This document shows, piece by piece, positions 46,401 through 59,991 of a stretch of 64,000 nucleotides of DNA. This DNA is from Monocercomonoides exilis PA203 (Eukaryota; Protista; Preaxostyla), in assembly GCA_001643675.2 (NCBI GenBank), contig LSRY02000010.1:1674001-1738000 (forward strand). Reading direction: 5' to 3'. The position numbers were made by a program, and so were the translations under genes. The notes below the pieces were generated by a model that had not been told where the DNA came from, did no database searches, and saw only the letters and a list, made by a program, of their open reading frames with translations. Numbering within the stretch: position 1 is the first letter of the stretch; each line of letters begins with the position of its first letter.

Positions 46401-49400
46401 AACTGAAATTGACTTTCATTGATCTGAGATGTGATGTTGAAACATTCAATGAAAATGTCATTCCCCACTCTTGCTGTGTTTGAACTGAATTTCATTCCAA
46501 CAAATGTGAAATTCAATTCTCCTCTTTCCTTTGTTGCCAGATACACCCCTCCTCCTTTCCCATTGGTGCAGCTGCATTGACTGACTTCGGACTTAATCAT
46601 CTTCATTGATCCTGATGCACCCAATGTGAAGAATATTGCCCCTCCTTTTTCACTCATTTCTGCTTTGTCTTCTGTGATGTTGCTCGAATTCACAACCAAA
46701 CAAATCTTATTCTCACTCTTTGATTCCAAAATGCTTGCTCCATTGTCACTTCTCTTCACTCCTGAAAATGACGAATTATCAATCTCAATATTTGTTCCTT
46801 CTTCACCTCCTTCATTTATCTTTGTTGTTAATTCAGTTCCTTTGATCAGAAGAAAACATCCTCCACTTTCATTCAACGAATCCACTCGAACATTCACAAA
46901 ATGGCAAGTTATTCCAACATCGTTTATTGCAAAAACACTGTTTCCAACATTGCATGATTCCATAGACAAATCATTCACTTCCACAGTTCCTCCAATCACT
47001 TCCACAAATACACAATCAAATCCATTGTTCACTTCTGATTCTGAATGGAATGAACATCCAGTTATCACCAAAGCTCCTCCATTGTTTGAAATAATCGATT
47101 TGGCTGAATTGTCAAATCCAGATGCTAATTGGAGCTGGATGTTGGTTAATTCAAGATGAACATAATTTTCCATGAAATATTCCAGTTGACTTCCAATTGC
47201 CTTTTCAAAATTCAATTTGGCTTTAACATTCTCTTGTCCCATCTTCACACTCTTTTTGATCAAATAATTGGATAAATTGAATGAATCTTGAATAATTGTT
47301 GATCCTTCAATCTGAATTGTCTTCATTCCAGTTCCAATTTCCATGTTTTCCATCCCTTTCCACATCGTGTGACATGGTTCTTCCTCACTTCCACAACGCG
47401 CCACATCAAATCCACTCGATGAGATAAATATCTCAATTGAGCTGTATGGAATTAGAAACATGAACAAATCAAGGTTTGAATGAAAATCATCACATCCAAC
47501 AAACAAAGTATTATCATCCTTCATTGATGAGTAATCAAACTTGAATGAGTCATTTGTCACACTCCGGTTCAGATCAGATGCTGAAATGAACATGTTTTTC
47601 CCATATTCTGCATCATTTCTCTCAAATACAAGAGTTTCAGACAATTCAAACATCATATCTGCATCATTCAGAGTGAGAAACATCCCTCCCCCTTTCCCTT
47701 CACTTCCACTTGTTGAGGGTGCACAGCACTTTTCAAATCTTGTTAATGACACATACAGTTCAGAAGGATTCTCCAATGAAACTGACAGCCCTCCTCCTCC
47801 TTTTCCATTCTCATTCACTTTGCATATCCTGAATGTGCAATTCTTAATTCTCATTGTGTCTTTGCTTCCGTCACAATTCGACCTCAAACAAAGGCATCCA
47901 CAATCTCCTGCTCCTCTCGTGATGTTCTCAAATGATGTGTTCTTCAAGGTGATTGATGAACACTTCTCAACCTGTATTGCTCCACAACTCTGCAGAATTG
48001 AATTCATTATCGAGCAATTCTGAATTGTGACTGAGCTGCTTGTGGCAATCTCAACCAATCCATTCACTCCATTTGATGCTGTTTGATTGATTATCACCTC
48101 ATCCATCAGACATTCGCAACTTCCATTTACAACAATCACACATCCTCCAAATCTCACTTTTTCCACGCTTCCTCCACAGCTCATCCGCATTATCTCCACC
48201 TTCCCTCCACTCGCACTCACAAAAGCATAACTCACTGCATCCACCCTTCTTTCCATTTTTATCCCACAATCATGAAATATAAATGTTCCACTTGTTGAGT
48301 GAATAAATGATGATCGCTCTCCAATCGATCCTCCTAATTCAAACAGCACACCTGTGAATGTTGATGAAACATTGTTCATTACCAATGCTTCTTGTGTTTT
48401 TGTTCCTGTTGCCTCGATTTTTATTCCAACATCTTTGTTGCTCGAATCAATCTCATATGATTGTTCATCCAACTGAACTTCTTCATCAAATGAAAATGCA
48501 TTTGTCAGTCTGATCATTCTCTTTGAACTCGTATATCGATATTCACTCGCTTCTCTAATAGTTCGGCATGGGTAATCTTCATATCCGCACAGCCTGAATT
48601 CATTTCCATGTTCTCTCTCACTCACGTACGCTGGTGATGAAAATGTCCGAAGAAACACAACAAGTGGAACAATCAGCTCAAGCTTGTTTCTTTCTCTTCC
48701 ACAAAGTTCATTCAAGTCTGCATCATTAGTTCCAATTTCTGGATCGAATCCAACAGAAGTGCTGTTGATAACAGCTGACAAATCATGTGCTTCCACAAAC
48801 AGATTCTTCCCTCCCAATGTTGCAGCACAACTCTCAAAGCTCACTGATGTTATCTCAAACTCGCATGAATCATCCCCCAAACACAACATCATCCCTCCTC
48901 CAAACCCACTGCAACTACATTGACTGAATGCCGTTGTTCCTCCATTGCATGATGTTGATGTTCCAATAAGAATCTTGCTCGTCACCTCTTCTAACTCAAT
49001 TTTAATTCCCCCTCCATTTCCTCCCAAACACTCGCACTCTTCTATGGTTATGTTCCATACAACAAATGTCTCTCCTCCCTTCACGCTTTTTGTCATCACC
49101 ACCCCATCTCCTCCAGCCCGATTCACATTTCGAATTGTCAAATTTCCCAGAAAACTTTCTCCTGCTGTTGATTCTGCTGATGATGGCTCAGAAAACAAAG
49201 GCCGTGATATTTTTATATTTTTGATCTCAACATCAATCATCTTCAGCTGTCTCAGTGCCACTTCAAACACAGATGCTGATATTACACTTCTTCTTGTTGT
49301 TCCTGAGATCAGTGTGTCCGCCAGTGAAAGTGACCCACTTCCATCAGAAACAACAAAAACATTTGGGGATGGACTTCTTTCAGTGTTGTGATCGATCCCC

Positions 49401-51550
49401 ACGTGCCCCACATCCAATTGTCCACTCGTCACGCTGAACAGCGTTGTCGAGTCGATAGAAAGGAGATTTGTTCCAATCACACTTTCTTCCCTTCCTTTTC
49501 CAATCACACTGATTCGTTTTTCACCAACATTGATTGTTTCCTCTTCGCTTTGATGCATCCCCTCAAAAACTGTAACTGTGGAATTCAATCGTTGGTCACT
49601 CTTTTTGATTGCAAATCCAATTGTCTTGCATGCTATTGACTCATTCGTAATGCACCATTCATTTGAGTCATCTCCATTCACATCCACAAATCGATCCTTC
49701 ATCCCTTCCTTAAGCCACTCCTTCTTTTCAGTGGGTTGAAGCACCCAATTACTGAAATTATATGTGTAGCATATTCTATTGTCATTTGTGTTCGTTGTAT
49801 ATGATTCAAAGAACGGACAGCAGGACAAAGATTCATTTTTTTCATCAGAAAAGAACACATCATGCCCATATGGCATGTCAGCAGAACATTGGCAGTTGTG
49901 AAAGAAAAAGAAATAAAAATACATGTTGCTATTTGGAAAACTTTCTTTTAAAAGATAAAATCTAATTCCTCCTCCATGCGAAACTGCTGAACACGAAATG
50001 AATTGGATGCTCCTCATTTTGAACTCGGCAGGAACACCATGACAATACATTCCTCCACCAAGAGAACCAACAAGAGAACATGAAGCAAAACTGCAGTCAA
50101 ACACACATATATTCTCCACATCTTCACTTTCTGTTTCAACACATGAAGATCCGGAAACTTGAAAAAATACAAGATAAATCCCTCCTCCTGATTCACGTGC
50201 ATTGCAGTTCTGGAATTCACAACCACTTATTCCGAAACATGATGTGATATTATAATGACACATTCCTCCTCCGTACTGATTTTGCGAAATACAGGTATTG
50301 AACATATTATTTTCGATGTACACTGATTTTATCCCATAACACATAATTCCTCCCCCAAAGTTGTCAGCAATGCAGTCGTTAAAGGAGCAATTCAAAACAA
50401 AAAGTTCTCCAGAATTTTGATTAAACATGCAAATTGCCCCTCCACTTGATATTCCATCTGTCCATGAATCACCACTTCCTATAGCCTTTGAACAGTTCCA
50501 TTCACACCAAATAAAAGTGTTTTTTCCATTATCAGTTGTGTTTTGTCTCTCTGGATTCAACTTCTTCTCCTTTGTTCCAATGTGTTCAACGTTTCTTGTC
50601 CTGCAACACCCAACGAAAGATGTGTTTGAGGCTGTCAATGAGGCCAAGGGGTTGTTGAGTGAAGGAACAATCCCGCCATCATAAACATCCTACACTGACA
50701 CAAACTCACACCCACTCATCAGAAATGTTGTTTGATAAAATGAAGTGGTTAGAGATGGATAATCAGAAGTTGCTGTTGAAATATTGAAAAAGGACAGTTT
50801 GGAAAGCGAGGCAAATGGCACAAGGGGAGATGCCAGAAATGGGGCTGATGACACACAAAAAGATGAGAAATGAGAGGAACAAATGGACACATGGCTTTTT
50901 TCTGAATGATCCCCTTTGAATGGTTTTGAAGAGAATAGAGATGGGCATTTCTGCGAATGCAAGTCCAAAGGGAATCGGAGAGATATGTTTGTGAACAGCC
51001 CACGGCCACCACTCAAACAAAATGGAGGCCTTTCTCCCCTCATTTCAATCCCGCATCTGCTCAGTTCAACAAAACATCCATTCGTGGCATTCAAGGCACT
51101 TTGACCATCATTTGGCATCAATCCCAGAGAATGGAGTTTTATTGAAGAATTGGCAATCATGAAGCTTCCTTCAATCCAACTTTCATCTCCAAATCTTTGT
51201 CTTTTCCAGATTTTTTGCTCATCGGTCATGTTTGTTTCACGATCCACTTCATGTGAACTGGATTCTCCAGATTTCAGTTTTTCATCATTCTCTTTTCCAT
51301 CTCTAATCTTTGTTTTTTGTGTTTTCTCTGGATTTCTCATCTCATCTTCTTTTCTTTTAACATCCGTTTCAAATGTGTTTTTATTGGCAAATATTCCCTT
51401 TTGAAACACATTCAACCACATTCTCCTAAGATTATCTGCAATTTCTTCCTTTTTCAATTCCTCAATTTGACATGTTTCATCACTTGAAGCATCATGACAC
51501 ATGCATTGATAATATATTATGCAAACAAAACAGTATAGTTTTGAAAGCAT
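43433..51550 (-). pseudogene. Large receptor-like protein (signal peptide, beta-helix/pectin-lyase-like ectodomain, one TM, truncated kinase-like C-lobe), ~2,700 codons, interrupted by one in-frame TAG at 50692..50690
   Basis: The 290-aa and 2404-aa ORFs are in the same frame, separated only by TAG (FVSV*DVYDGGIVPSLNN). GGG[I/M] and CGxxxxPCxT repeats. TM IWLLVVIVLVVILFIVLIGFMLFVVRW. LRWKAPELL..FSIGMMLWECLTLQIPF..PSDRPSL corresponds to kinase subdomains VIII-XI. Confidence 0.75.
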
Positions 51551-53397
51551 AGAAACCAGCACACACGAGGAATATCCTTTTCTTTTTTTCCTGATTTCTG
51601 AATTTTTATTATGGGAGAAGAATTCACAAATAATTATTTGTTTGAAAATTGTCGATAAACAATGAGTTTATTTTTGTTTCTACTAATTTTTCGTATGATT
51701 AAAAAGTTTGATCAGAAATATAATTCCAATTGGAAAACCAGCTTTCTTTGATGCCTTGATATTTTAGCCATCACTGAGAATACAACACTCACGCCCAGCT
51801 CAGCTTTGAGATAAATTTATTTAAAGTGTTTTTAAAGAAGTTGCATTTAAACAAGAAACATCAACTGGATTGGAGAAGTTATTCGAAACATTTTTTTAAC
51901 AAAAGAAAAGAAAAAGTTTGAATTCTAAAATTTGATGATAATTCAGCAATATTTTATTGTTTTGTGACTATTAACCTTTCACATTTTATTTATTTTCAAA
52001 CATCAGGGACTATGGAGATATTTTGAAAGTTATGATAATTAATTCTTGCCTTGACAGAAATGAACATTCTTGACTAAAGGATCGGGGTGTATGGAAGAAG
52101 TTAATAGAAACTTTCATTGCTGTGTTTTTTTCAATAATTTGATGAATTTTTTGTATTTCGGGGAGAAAGAAATTCAATTTCAGCCAAAGGAAAGTTTCAT
52201 TTTTGGATAATGAGCCAAGATTATTATTTATGGAGAATGATGCTGGGCTGTCATAAGGGATGCAAGTTGCAATGAGTTTGTGATTTATTCTGTTTTATTT
52301 GAATGTTATTCATGCAAAACGGGATTGCTTATTTTTATTGTGTTTCAAAATGGAAATTCCAATTGATTTTTATCTTTTGTTCTCATGAAACAGAACATTC
52401 GAAATTTTATAACAAATGCGTGATATCTTCCAATTCTGAAAGATTTCTTTTGGAAGATGACTTTGGTGGAAAGAAAAACTGAAGAAGTTTGGAAATTTGA
52501 GGAAGAAAAGAGATTTCGAAGGGCATTGAAAAATGAGAAGCAGAAGAAGATGATTGACAGATGCGAATTATCAAAAATACTGATGTGCCAAGGATGTGAT
52601 AGGATCAAAAGGAGGAATTATTTGTTTATAAAGCTATTTATTCATCTCCATTATTAATGTCTTCTCTTCCAAAGCAATAGAAATATCCAATTGGCAGTGC
52701 AGAATAATCCACAAAGAAAACTGCTTATCTTCTGCATATTATGCACTTGCCTGGCTATTTGAATGCGACTAACTCATTCTTCTTGCAACTGATCTGCTGA
52801 TAAGAAAAAAAAACAGGAGGAATGAATGGAAGAATCAGCTTCTCTAACGTTTCTATTGCATATTCAAACACATTCATCAACAGATAAATTGGATATTATT
52901 ACCTTCTTCTGTTCTCTCTTCTTTCGTCTTTTTATTTTTATTCTTCCTCTTCAATAATTTCTTTGCTCCCACTGCTGATTGATTTGCAGCAGCTTTCGAC
53001 TTCATAAGCTTCAAATTCGCATGAGCATTTGCCAGCATCAATATCATCGATATCTTCTTCTTCTTCATCTTCTCGAATTCATTAAGAATGCGATGAGAAA
53101 GAGAAAAATCAAAGATAAAGAAAGGCTTCAAGAGGAAACAACCGAACAATTGAACTCTCAAAAGAAAACAAATCTATTTTAATAAGATTGAGATCAGAAA
53201 TTCGTTCAATGAAAATTCTTGAGGAAAATAATCAAAAAGAAAAGAATGGATTCATTTATTTTTCTTTTTTATTGAAAAAGAAAGCAAAAACATCATTTGA
53301 AAATGCTCATTAATTTTCCATTTCCCACATTTGAAAAAAAATTAAAAGAAAAGAAAAAATAGTTTTTGTGTTACAAAATAAATAAAATCTCATTTTC

Positions 53398-54732
53398 TCA
53401 AACATTTACAAGACAATCAGAAACATTCAACGATAAACAACGACAATTAATTCCGTTTAGAAGATCAAACATTTTATAAAAGCTTGCGATAACATCTTCA
53501 TATCCTTCTTCTTCCATCTTTTCAAATACCTCCATTTTTATCTCTTTTCTTTTAACTTCATCCTTTTCATCTTTATTCTTTTCTTTCAATCTCCTTAAAA
53601 CTTTCATAAAAAATTTGAAGCATTCATATAACATTTCGTCATCCAACGTTGGCTGCTGAATCTCCTCTAAAACGGTATCAACTGCTCCACTTTTCAGAAA
53701 GTCTTCAACTTCCACAGCTCTATTTATAACTACTAAGCTGAATAAAATAATGCACCACTTGCTAATATTTCTGAATTTATCCTTCGCTGCTCGAAATACC
53801 TGAACAATACTGTTGATAAGCCCAGAAAATTCTTCATTCCACAAATGAAAGCTGAGAAAATAAGGCTCCAACGAAAGGAGCCATCTCCAAATAATAAAGA
53901 CTTCTTCTTCTTCTTTTCCAGTTTTTCCTCCTATTTCTCTCTTCCAATCCACACATTTAATCAGCTCGATCAATTCTCTTGCTGCTTCTCTCGCAAAGTG
54001 CAGTTCATTTGTAAGCATTCCTTCCAAACCGTTATCGAAGAATAATCTTTGTATTAAAAACTGCCAAGCAGACTGACAGGCAAGTAGAGTCAGATTGTGA
54101 TGCTCCTGATGATATTTCATAATTTCTATCATCTCCTTCAAATATGCTTTTTGCAAGATTTTCTTTAAAAAAAGAGGAAAGAAAAATCAACAATGTCAAA
54201 ATAAAAATAGAAATGTTCAAACATGATCTTCATCAATGCAACTCAAAGCCAGGAAAGCCATTTCCACTTCTTTTTGAACTTCTTCATTTTCCTTTTTGTT
54301 CAACGCAACTTTCAGAAGACAAGACATACAAATGGCTAGAGGTTGAATTGAAGTAAAGCCATCATACGGCATCAGATAGCATTCACAAAGATCTATCAAA
54401 AACTGTTCGTTCTTTTCTTCCTTTTTCGTTTCTTCATCAATAATCATCTTCGCTAACCTTTCGTTCAACAAAGATTTGGCCAAATAACTCATTCCTATTT
54501 TTTTCAGCTCTTTGTAATTACCCATATGCTTCAACAACATGATGGCATTTTCCAAATCTAACTTTTTTTCTTCAATCATTTTGTCCATTGCATCGAATAA
54601 TTCTTTAGTAAAAATGAATTTCAATTCTGAACTATTCATTTCACCCAATAGTCTGTTTAGTTCCATTATTCTCTGTTTTTGCTCGTCAGCTAAGTCATTG
54701 CCCAACTGTGAAAACAATTCTTCAAAAAACAA
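53398..54732 (-). CDS. Lineage-specific alpha-helical hypothetical protein (multicopy family); intron ~54222..54163; 5' end unresolved
   Basis: Two ORFs join in phase 0 (DEDH|KILQKAYL). A decayed paralog exists at ~6.3-8.5 kb. Confidence 0.7.
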
Positions 54733-56842
54733 ATAATGAAAAAAGAAATAAATGCAACAATCAAAGATTTGATTGCAAATTCTATCGCAAACTATTGAAC
54801 ATATATGTAAATGAACTCTTGTAATTTTTCGAATTGATATTTCAACCAGAGAACGAAAACATTTTTATCGTTCAAACAAAAATATGAATACAACAGCAGA
54901 GAAGCAATTGATGAAAAATGAAAGTATTGCACGGTCGATAAAGCATCAATTTTCACACCATACAATTTTATATTAGTCTTTTTTGAGAGTGATTACAGAG
55001 ATAAGAAATGCTTTTTATTGAAGGTTTATTGTTATGGAGGTGTAGATCGAATCTTTTCATTTGAACAGGAATATTCATCATTAAAATGAAAGGTTGATGA
55101 ATGAGTATTTCTTATTATTTAAGCAAAATTATTTTCAGTGTTCACGCGAGATAATGATTTCGACATTCATGATTCGAAACTTTTTGAAAAAGTTTCCGAA
55201 AAGCATTAAAAAGGATAGTGAATTTAAAAATATTGAGTGAAAATAAGTGCGTGCATTTTTTTTCCCATTGTTCTATTAATTGTGAAGATGTTTCCATTTG
55301 TTTCCTAAAAGTCCAGTAATCTGATAAATTATTGGGATGGACAATTTTTGTAAAGAAAGACAGAATAGCTGGAAGAGTGCTGAATATATCATTTCAATTA
55401 ACAGACAGAAGAATGCTTGACTCTTGTGGATTCAATTTCAATCTTTAAACAAGCAATTCTCAAATGTTTTGAAAAACGAATTTGGATGAAGCGGAAGGAA
55501 CGAGCCAATAAAATGATGGACTTAAAAAGGGAGAATAGCCTATCTTCATGAAATAAAGCCTTTTCAAAGAGAGAAGGAATATTTTCAAAAACTAGTTGGA
55601 GAGATTGAAGAAGAGACATTGAATGGTTTTGAAGACATAATTATTTGATGAAAAGGAAATAGGCTCAAAGGAATGAATCAGAAGATGGGCTGTGAATGTG
55701 ACAGGGAAGGATGCATATTTTGGGATGGGAAAGGCAAAGCATTGTTTTTACGGGTTGGGGAGAGGGACAGAACTGGATTTTATTGTTTGGTTAGACAGCT
55801 AACAACACAAGAATATCTGACAGTTCAGTGCCATTTTCAATCTTCAAAGCGAGTCAATTATTTTCTAACTGCAATCGTCAGAACAAATTCCGATTGAAGG
55901 ATATCCGAAGCAGAGAGCAGAGTTTCTGGTGTCCTTCATGCCAGCAAAGCGAGTCTCTTCAAAGACATTGCCATCTCCCTAAGCGCATCAATCATCTCCA
56001 TCGCACCTCCATTGAATATTCCGCATTTTATTCATCAACCGACTTTCATATTAATTTTTCTCATTCATCAACCACATTGCACGAAACCAATCATTTTCTA
56101 TCTTGATCATCATTCTCCTTCTCCTTCTCCTTCTTCATCTTGTTCAAAGAATGTCTCTTTGATCTCTTCACGAAAAGTCAGTCAACTAACGTTTGAATCA
56201 TCATTTCTGGTTTTTTATTCATCATCATCTTCTCCTTCTCCTTCTCCTTCTCCTTCTCCTTCTTCCTTTTCTTCGCAATCACTTTCATAGAAGAAAGCAT
56301 TTGAGTTTTGAACAGAATTTTCTTCTTCCAATACAACAGAATCATCCAATCAACAGCGCAGGAAAAGAGCCAAACAAACTATTTTTCTTCAATATGTCTT
56401 CTTCTCTGCATTAAAATTCTTTCCTTTTTTCTCTGAGTTAATAATAAAACAATGATACCTGTGAATATTAATTGACAATGTTTTTCCTTTTTTTTTTCCG
56501 ACCTATAAAGATCGTTATTGTGTTAAAAACATTAATTCACTGTTGAATTTTCAAAAAGAATTCGAAAAAAATAATGAGATTTGCAACAAAAATAATTTCA
56601 AGTGCAATAAAAACAACAAAGGCAATGCAGTCTAAGGCTAACACAAATGAAGCTGTGTGATTCAAAAAATTAAATGGAATAAAGGTGTTTTAATAGACCT
56701 ACAAAAGCGTCGAAAGAACAATTTTTTACCAACAAAAAAGCAAATTTCTTTGTGCTCCTGCAATAAATGGTGAATTCGCAAGTCCTTTTCCAAATAAAAT
56801 TCACTGAAAAAAAATTTTTTTAACCAATTTTCATTTTCACTG

Positions 56843-59623
56843 TCAATATCTTCGCGATGCCTGAGTCGATCGTGTAGTTCCGCTTGAACGAGAAGCGTAT
56901 TGGTTTGTTGAAAAAGTGCTTGGAGATTTCTTTGAGGCCAACGATGTGGACATCTTTGGCACTGCACGTGTGATACCGCGTGGACGTGTTATCACTTTTG
57001 CACTGAAATTTCAGTGGGGAAAAGAGGATTAAAAAGAAAGAGAAAGAGAAAGAGAAAGAAAGAAAGAGAAAGAAAGAAAGAGAAAGAAAGAAAGAGAGAG
57101 AGAGAGAGAAGAAAAGAAGAAGAAGAAGAAGAAGAAGAAATAAAAAATTAAAAAAAATAAAATAAAATAAAAATGAATGAAAGTTATTGTTTTCAAACAA
57201 CATTCAAATAGAAAAAGATAATCAAACCATATAGGCACATGACGTTCATAAGATTCTGGTGCGAACTTTCTGCCGCAATGTGGGCAACTCAAATAATCAT
57301 CGTGCTCTTCTGGTGGAGGCGGTGGCAGTTCTGATAGAGATCTCCCTGTTATTCGCAGAGTGACAAGAAAATTTGAAATAATCATATTTGGTTGAAAGAA
57401 TAAACGAGGAAAAAAAGTTTGAACAAAAATATAACATAAATATAAGTTCGACAGAGGAATTTCATTGAAATCATTCAGAATTTAATTATATGAAAAAAAA
57501 ATATTATTTTTATCATTAACAAAACTAAAAAACTAATCTAACCTTCTTTTTCGTACTGCGCCACTTTCTTAGCTGACTTCATGGCAGCAATGAACTGCTC
57601 GTGGTCTCTCTGCCACTTCGGCTTTTCTCCGTTTCTCGGCTTTGGCTTCGGCTTTGGCGGAGGCAGATCTGTTGTGTGAGTCTTAAACTCAGTGGGTCCT
57701 TTGCACACTTTCTCGTGTTTGGAGATTCTGGTGGGGAGGTGGGGAAAGAAGGTTAAATCAGATGAAAAATTAAAAATGTGATAATAAAATAAAATGATGA
57801 TGATGATGATAATGATTGAAATATCAAATATTGTAGGGGAAAATGAACAGAGAGATTGAGAGAAAGAGAAAGAAGAATAAATAAAGAAATCCATTTTCTC
57901 AAACAAACCTGTCCGACGCAAATTTCCTTCCGCAGCGGCTGCATTCAACCAGATCCACTGGCTCTGACTCGTCTGCCTCAAAGCTGAAGCTGCTGCTGCT
58001 GCTTCCTTTTCCTCCCATTCCTCCTCCAAGTCCTCCTCCTCCTCCTCCACTCTTAAACGAAGACAGTGGCTTCTCATCAAATGCGTCTGGGTCGCTGTCT
58101 GCTTTGCTGGTGATGGCTGGCGTCGGGCGAGGGGCAGAACGAGGGGAAGGAGTGGTTTTGACTCCACCTCTAGTTGCAGTGGATGAAGAAGAAGGGGAAG
58201 AAGTAGAAGAAAGTCCTTGTCTTCCTGCAGCAGATGCTCCGATGCCTCGTCCAGCAGCACTGCTTGCCCCTCTTCCTCTGCTGAGGGTGCTGGAGGCGCC
58301 TCGACCGGCTGTGGATTAAGTGGTAATAAGGAAAATGCGATTTTTTCAAATAGATTGGTAGAAAGAAGAATATATAAGAGTTGTATGTTTGGTATGTATT
58401 TCATGCAACAATTCGTAGAAATCAATAAATTTAAGGAAAAAAAATCAAATAAATAATTTTTAATAATAATAATAATAAATACAAATCCCACGATTTCAAA
58501 CCTGACATTGAAGCAGGCCTTTCATCCTCATCAGAAAATGAGCTGGCGGGCGACTTGCTTTCTGCTTTAGACTTCAACGGAGTGAGAACGTGCCCTGGTT
58601 TGCAGGAACGTAAGTGGATAGGAAGACGATCAGGTGCAAATTTCCTTCCACAGTTGGGGCAAGGCGCAAGCAAACTGAAGAAAACAAGAGGGAAAAAAAA
58701 GAATCAAATAAAATATTGAGGTTAATGAACAATAGCATTGCCAAAAAATGTTGTTCAAAAAATTGAAAAACAATTCATTCAAATATTTGTATTCGTCAAA
58801 AAAAAAAAAGATAGATAATTTTTTCCCACATATATCAACAAACTCTTTGTAGCTTTCAAATGCAGCATCGTTGTATTGATCAATTTCCTTCTGGCTCATT
58901 TTTTGCGGCCTTCCATCATTCTTTGTCATTGTAAACGGAGACGTCTCAGGTTTTGGCAACGGTCGCCGTTGAGATGGTGGCAATCGCTCTTGTTCTCTTT
59001 GAAAATCGATAATGCATTGCTTTTGATGTATTGGAAGAGATAAGCTTCCATATTCCCTTTTATAAATATAAGTCAAAAATATAATTACAGATTTTTGATA
59101 ACATCAAAATGTTTATTGAAAATGAACTTATTATGTTGAATCAAAAATTTTCATACCTTCCACAAATATAACAAACGAGCATGCGAGGACGCTGTGAATG
59201 CTTTCGCTCTTCTGGGTCGTCTTGCTTCTGAGGGCATATTTTCAAATGAGATGCAAGTGCATCTGGATTAAATTTTCGTTTGCACCATGGGCATCCGTTT
59301 CTAGAGTTTTGCGCAACTCTCCACGCAGCCTTTAAAGCAAAAGAACATAAAAAAAATGATATTAAACTTTGAAAATAAGTCATTTACCTCGTTCCAAGCT
59401 CTAACAGCTGATTGACGATATTATCCAAAAATTATAACAAAAATTTTCGTAAAAAGCAAAGAAGTACCTGCTTGATCTCTCAGAGAAGACGGAATGGGTA
59501 CATTTGGAGGCTTTGGAACTGCAACACGATATTTTGGTGGAAGAACCTTTAAAAACATTCGAAATGATGCTATAATGAAATTTATTTTTAAAAGCATCAA
59601 ATCCAAACTTCTTGAGCAGCCAT
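56843..59623 (-). CDS. Multi-C2HC zinc-finger protein (ZNF474-like N-half plus ZC2HC1-like C-half), many short exons
   Basis: [19 protein letters not shown]|[71 protein letters not shown]. The last exon ends at TGA 56845..56843. Confidence 0.82.
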
Positions 59624-59991
59624 CCAATCTTTTCCACAATCTATTGTAGTTTGATTTTTAAAAAAATGACTCTGTTTTCTCACAAAGAAACTTCTTTAAA
59701 AAGAAAAACCTTTCAAGTGAATAGGCAGGCTAGATGATCCAAATTCCCTGCTGCAAATATAACAAAATAAGGCAGTTGGTTTTGGTGCTTTTGGTGCTCC
59801 TGAAATCATCCCTAGAACACAAGAAAATAGATTATTCGATCACACAAAACCCATATACACGTTCAACGATATTTGTCGTTATGCGACAAGTTTTTGACAA
59901 TATTTTTGCCCCAAATTTACTTGAAACATTTTTGTTGCAATTATTAATTTCACTTTTTTTCAATAAAGCAAAAGAAAGATCACCGAAGTGA

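Noticed and set aside
52200-53180. Short ORFs and coding-like fragments
   Set aside because: Stops in all frames and no recognisable family; probably decayed sequence.
55400-56420. Short ORFs, including a PIEGYP-like fragment similar to the receptor family, and (TCTCCT)n runs
   Set aside because: Only about 14 nt of identity; cannot support a gene or pseudogene call without a search.
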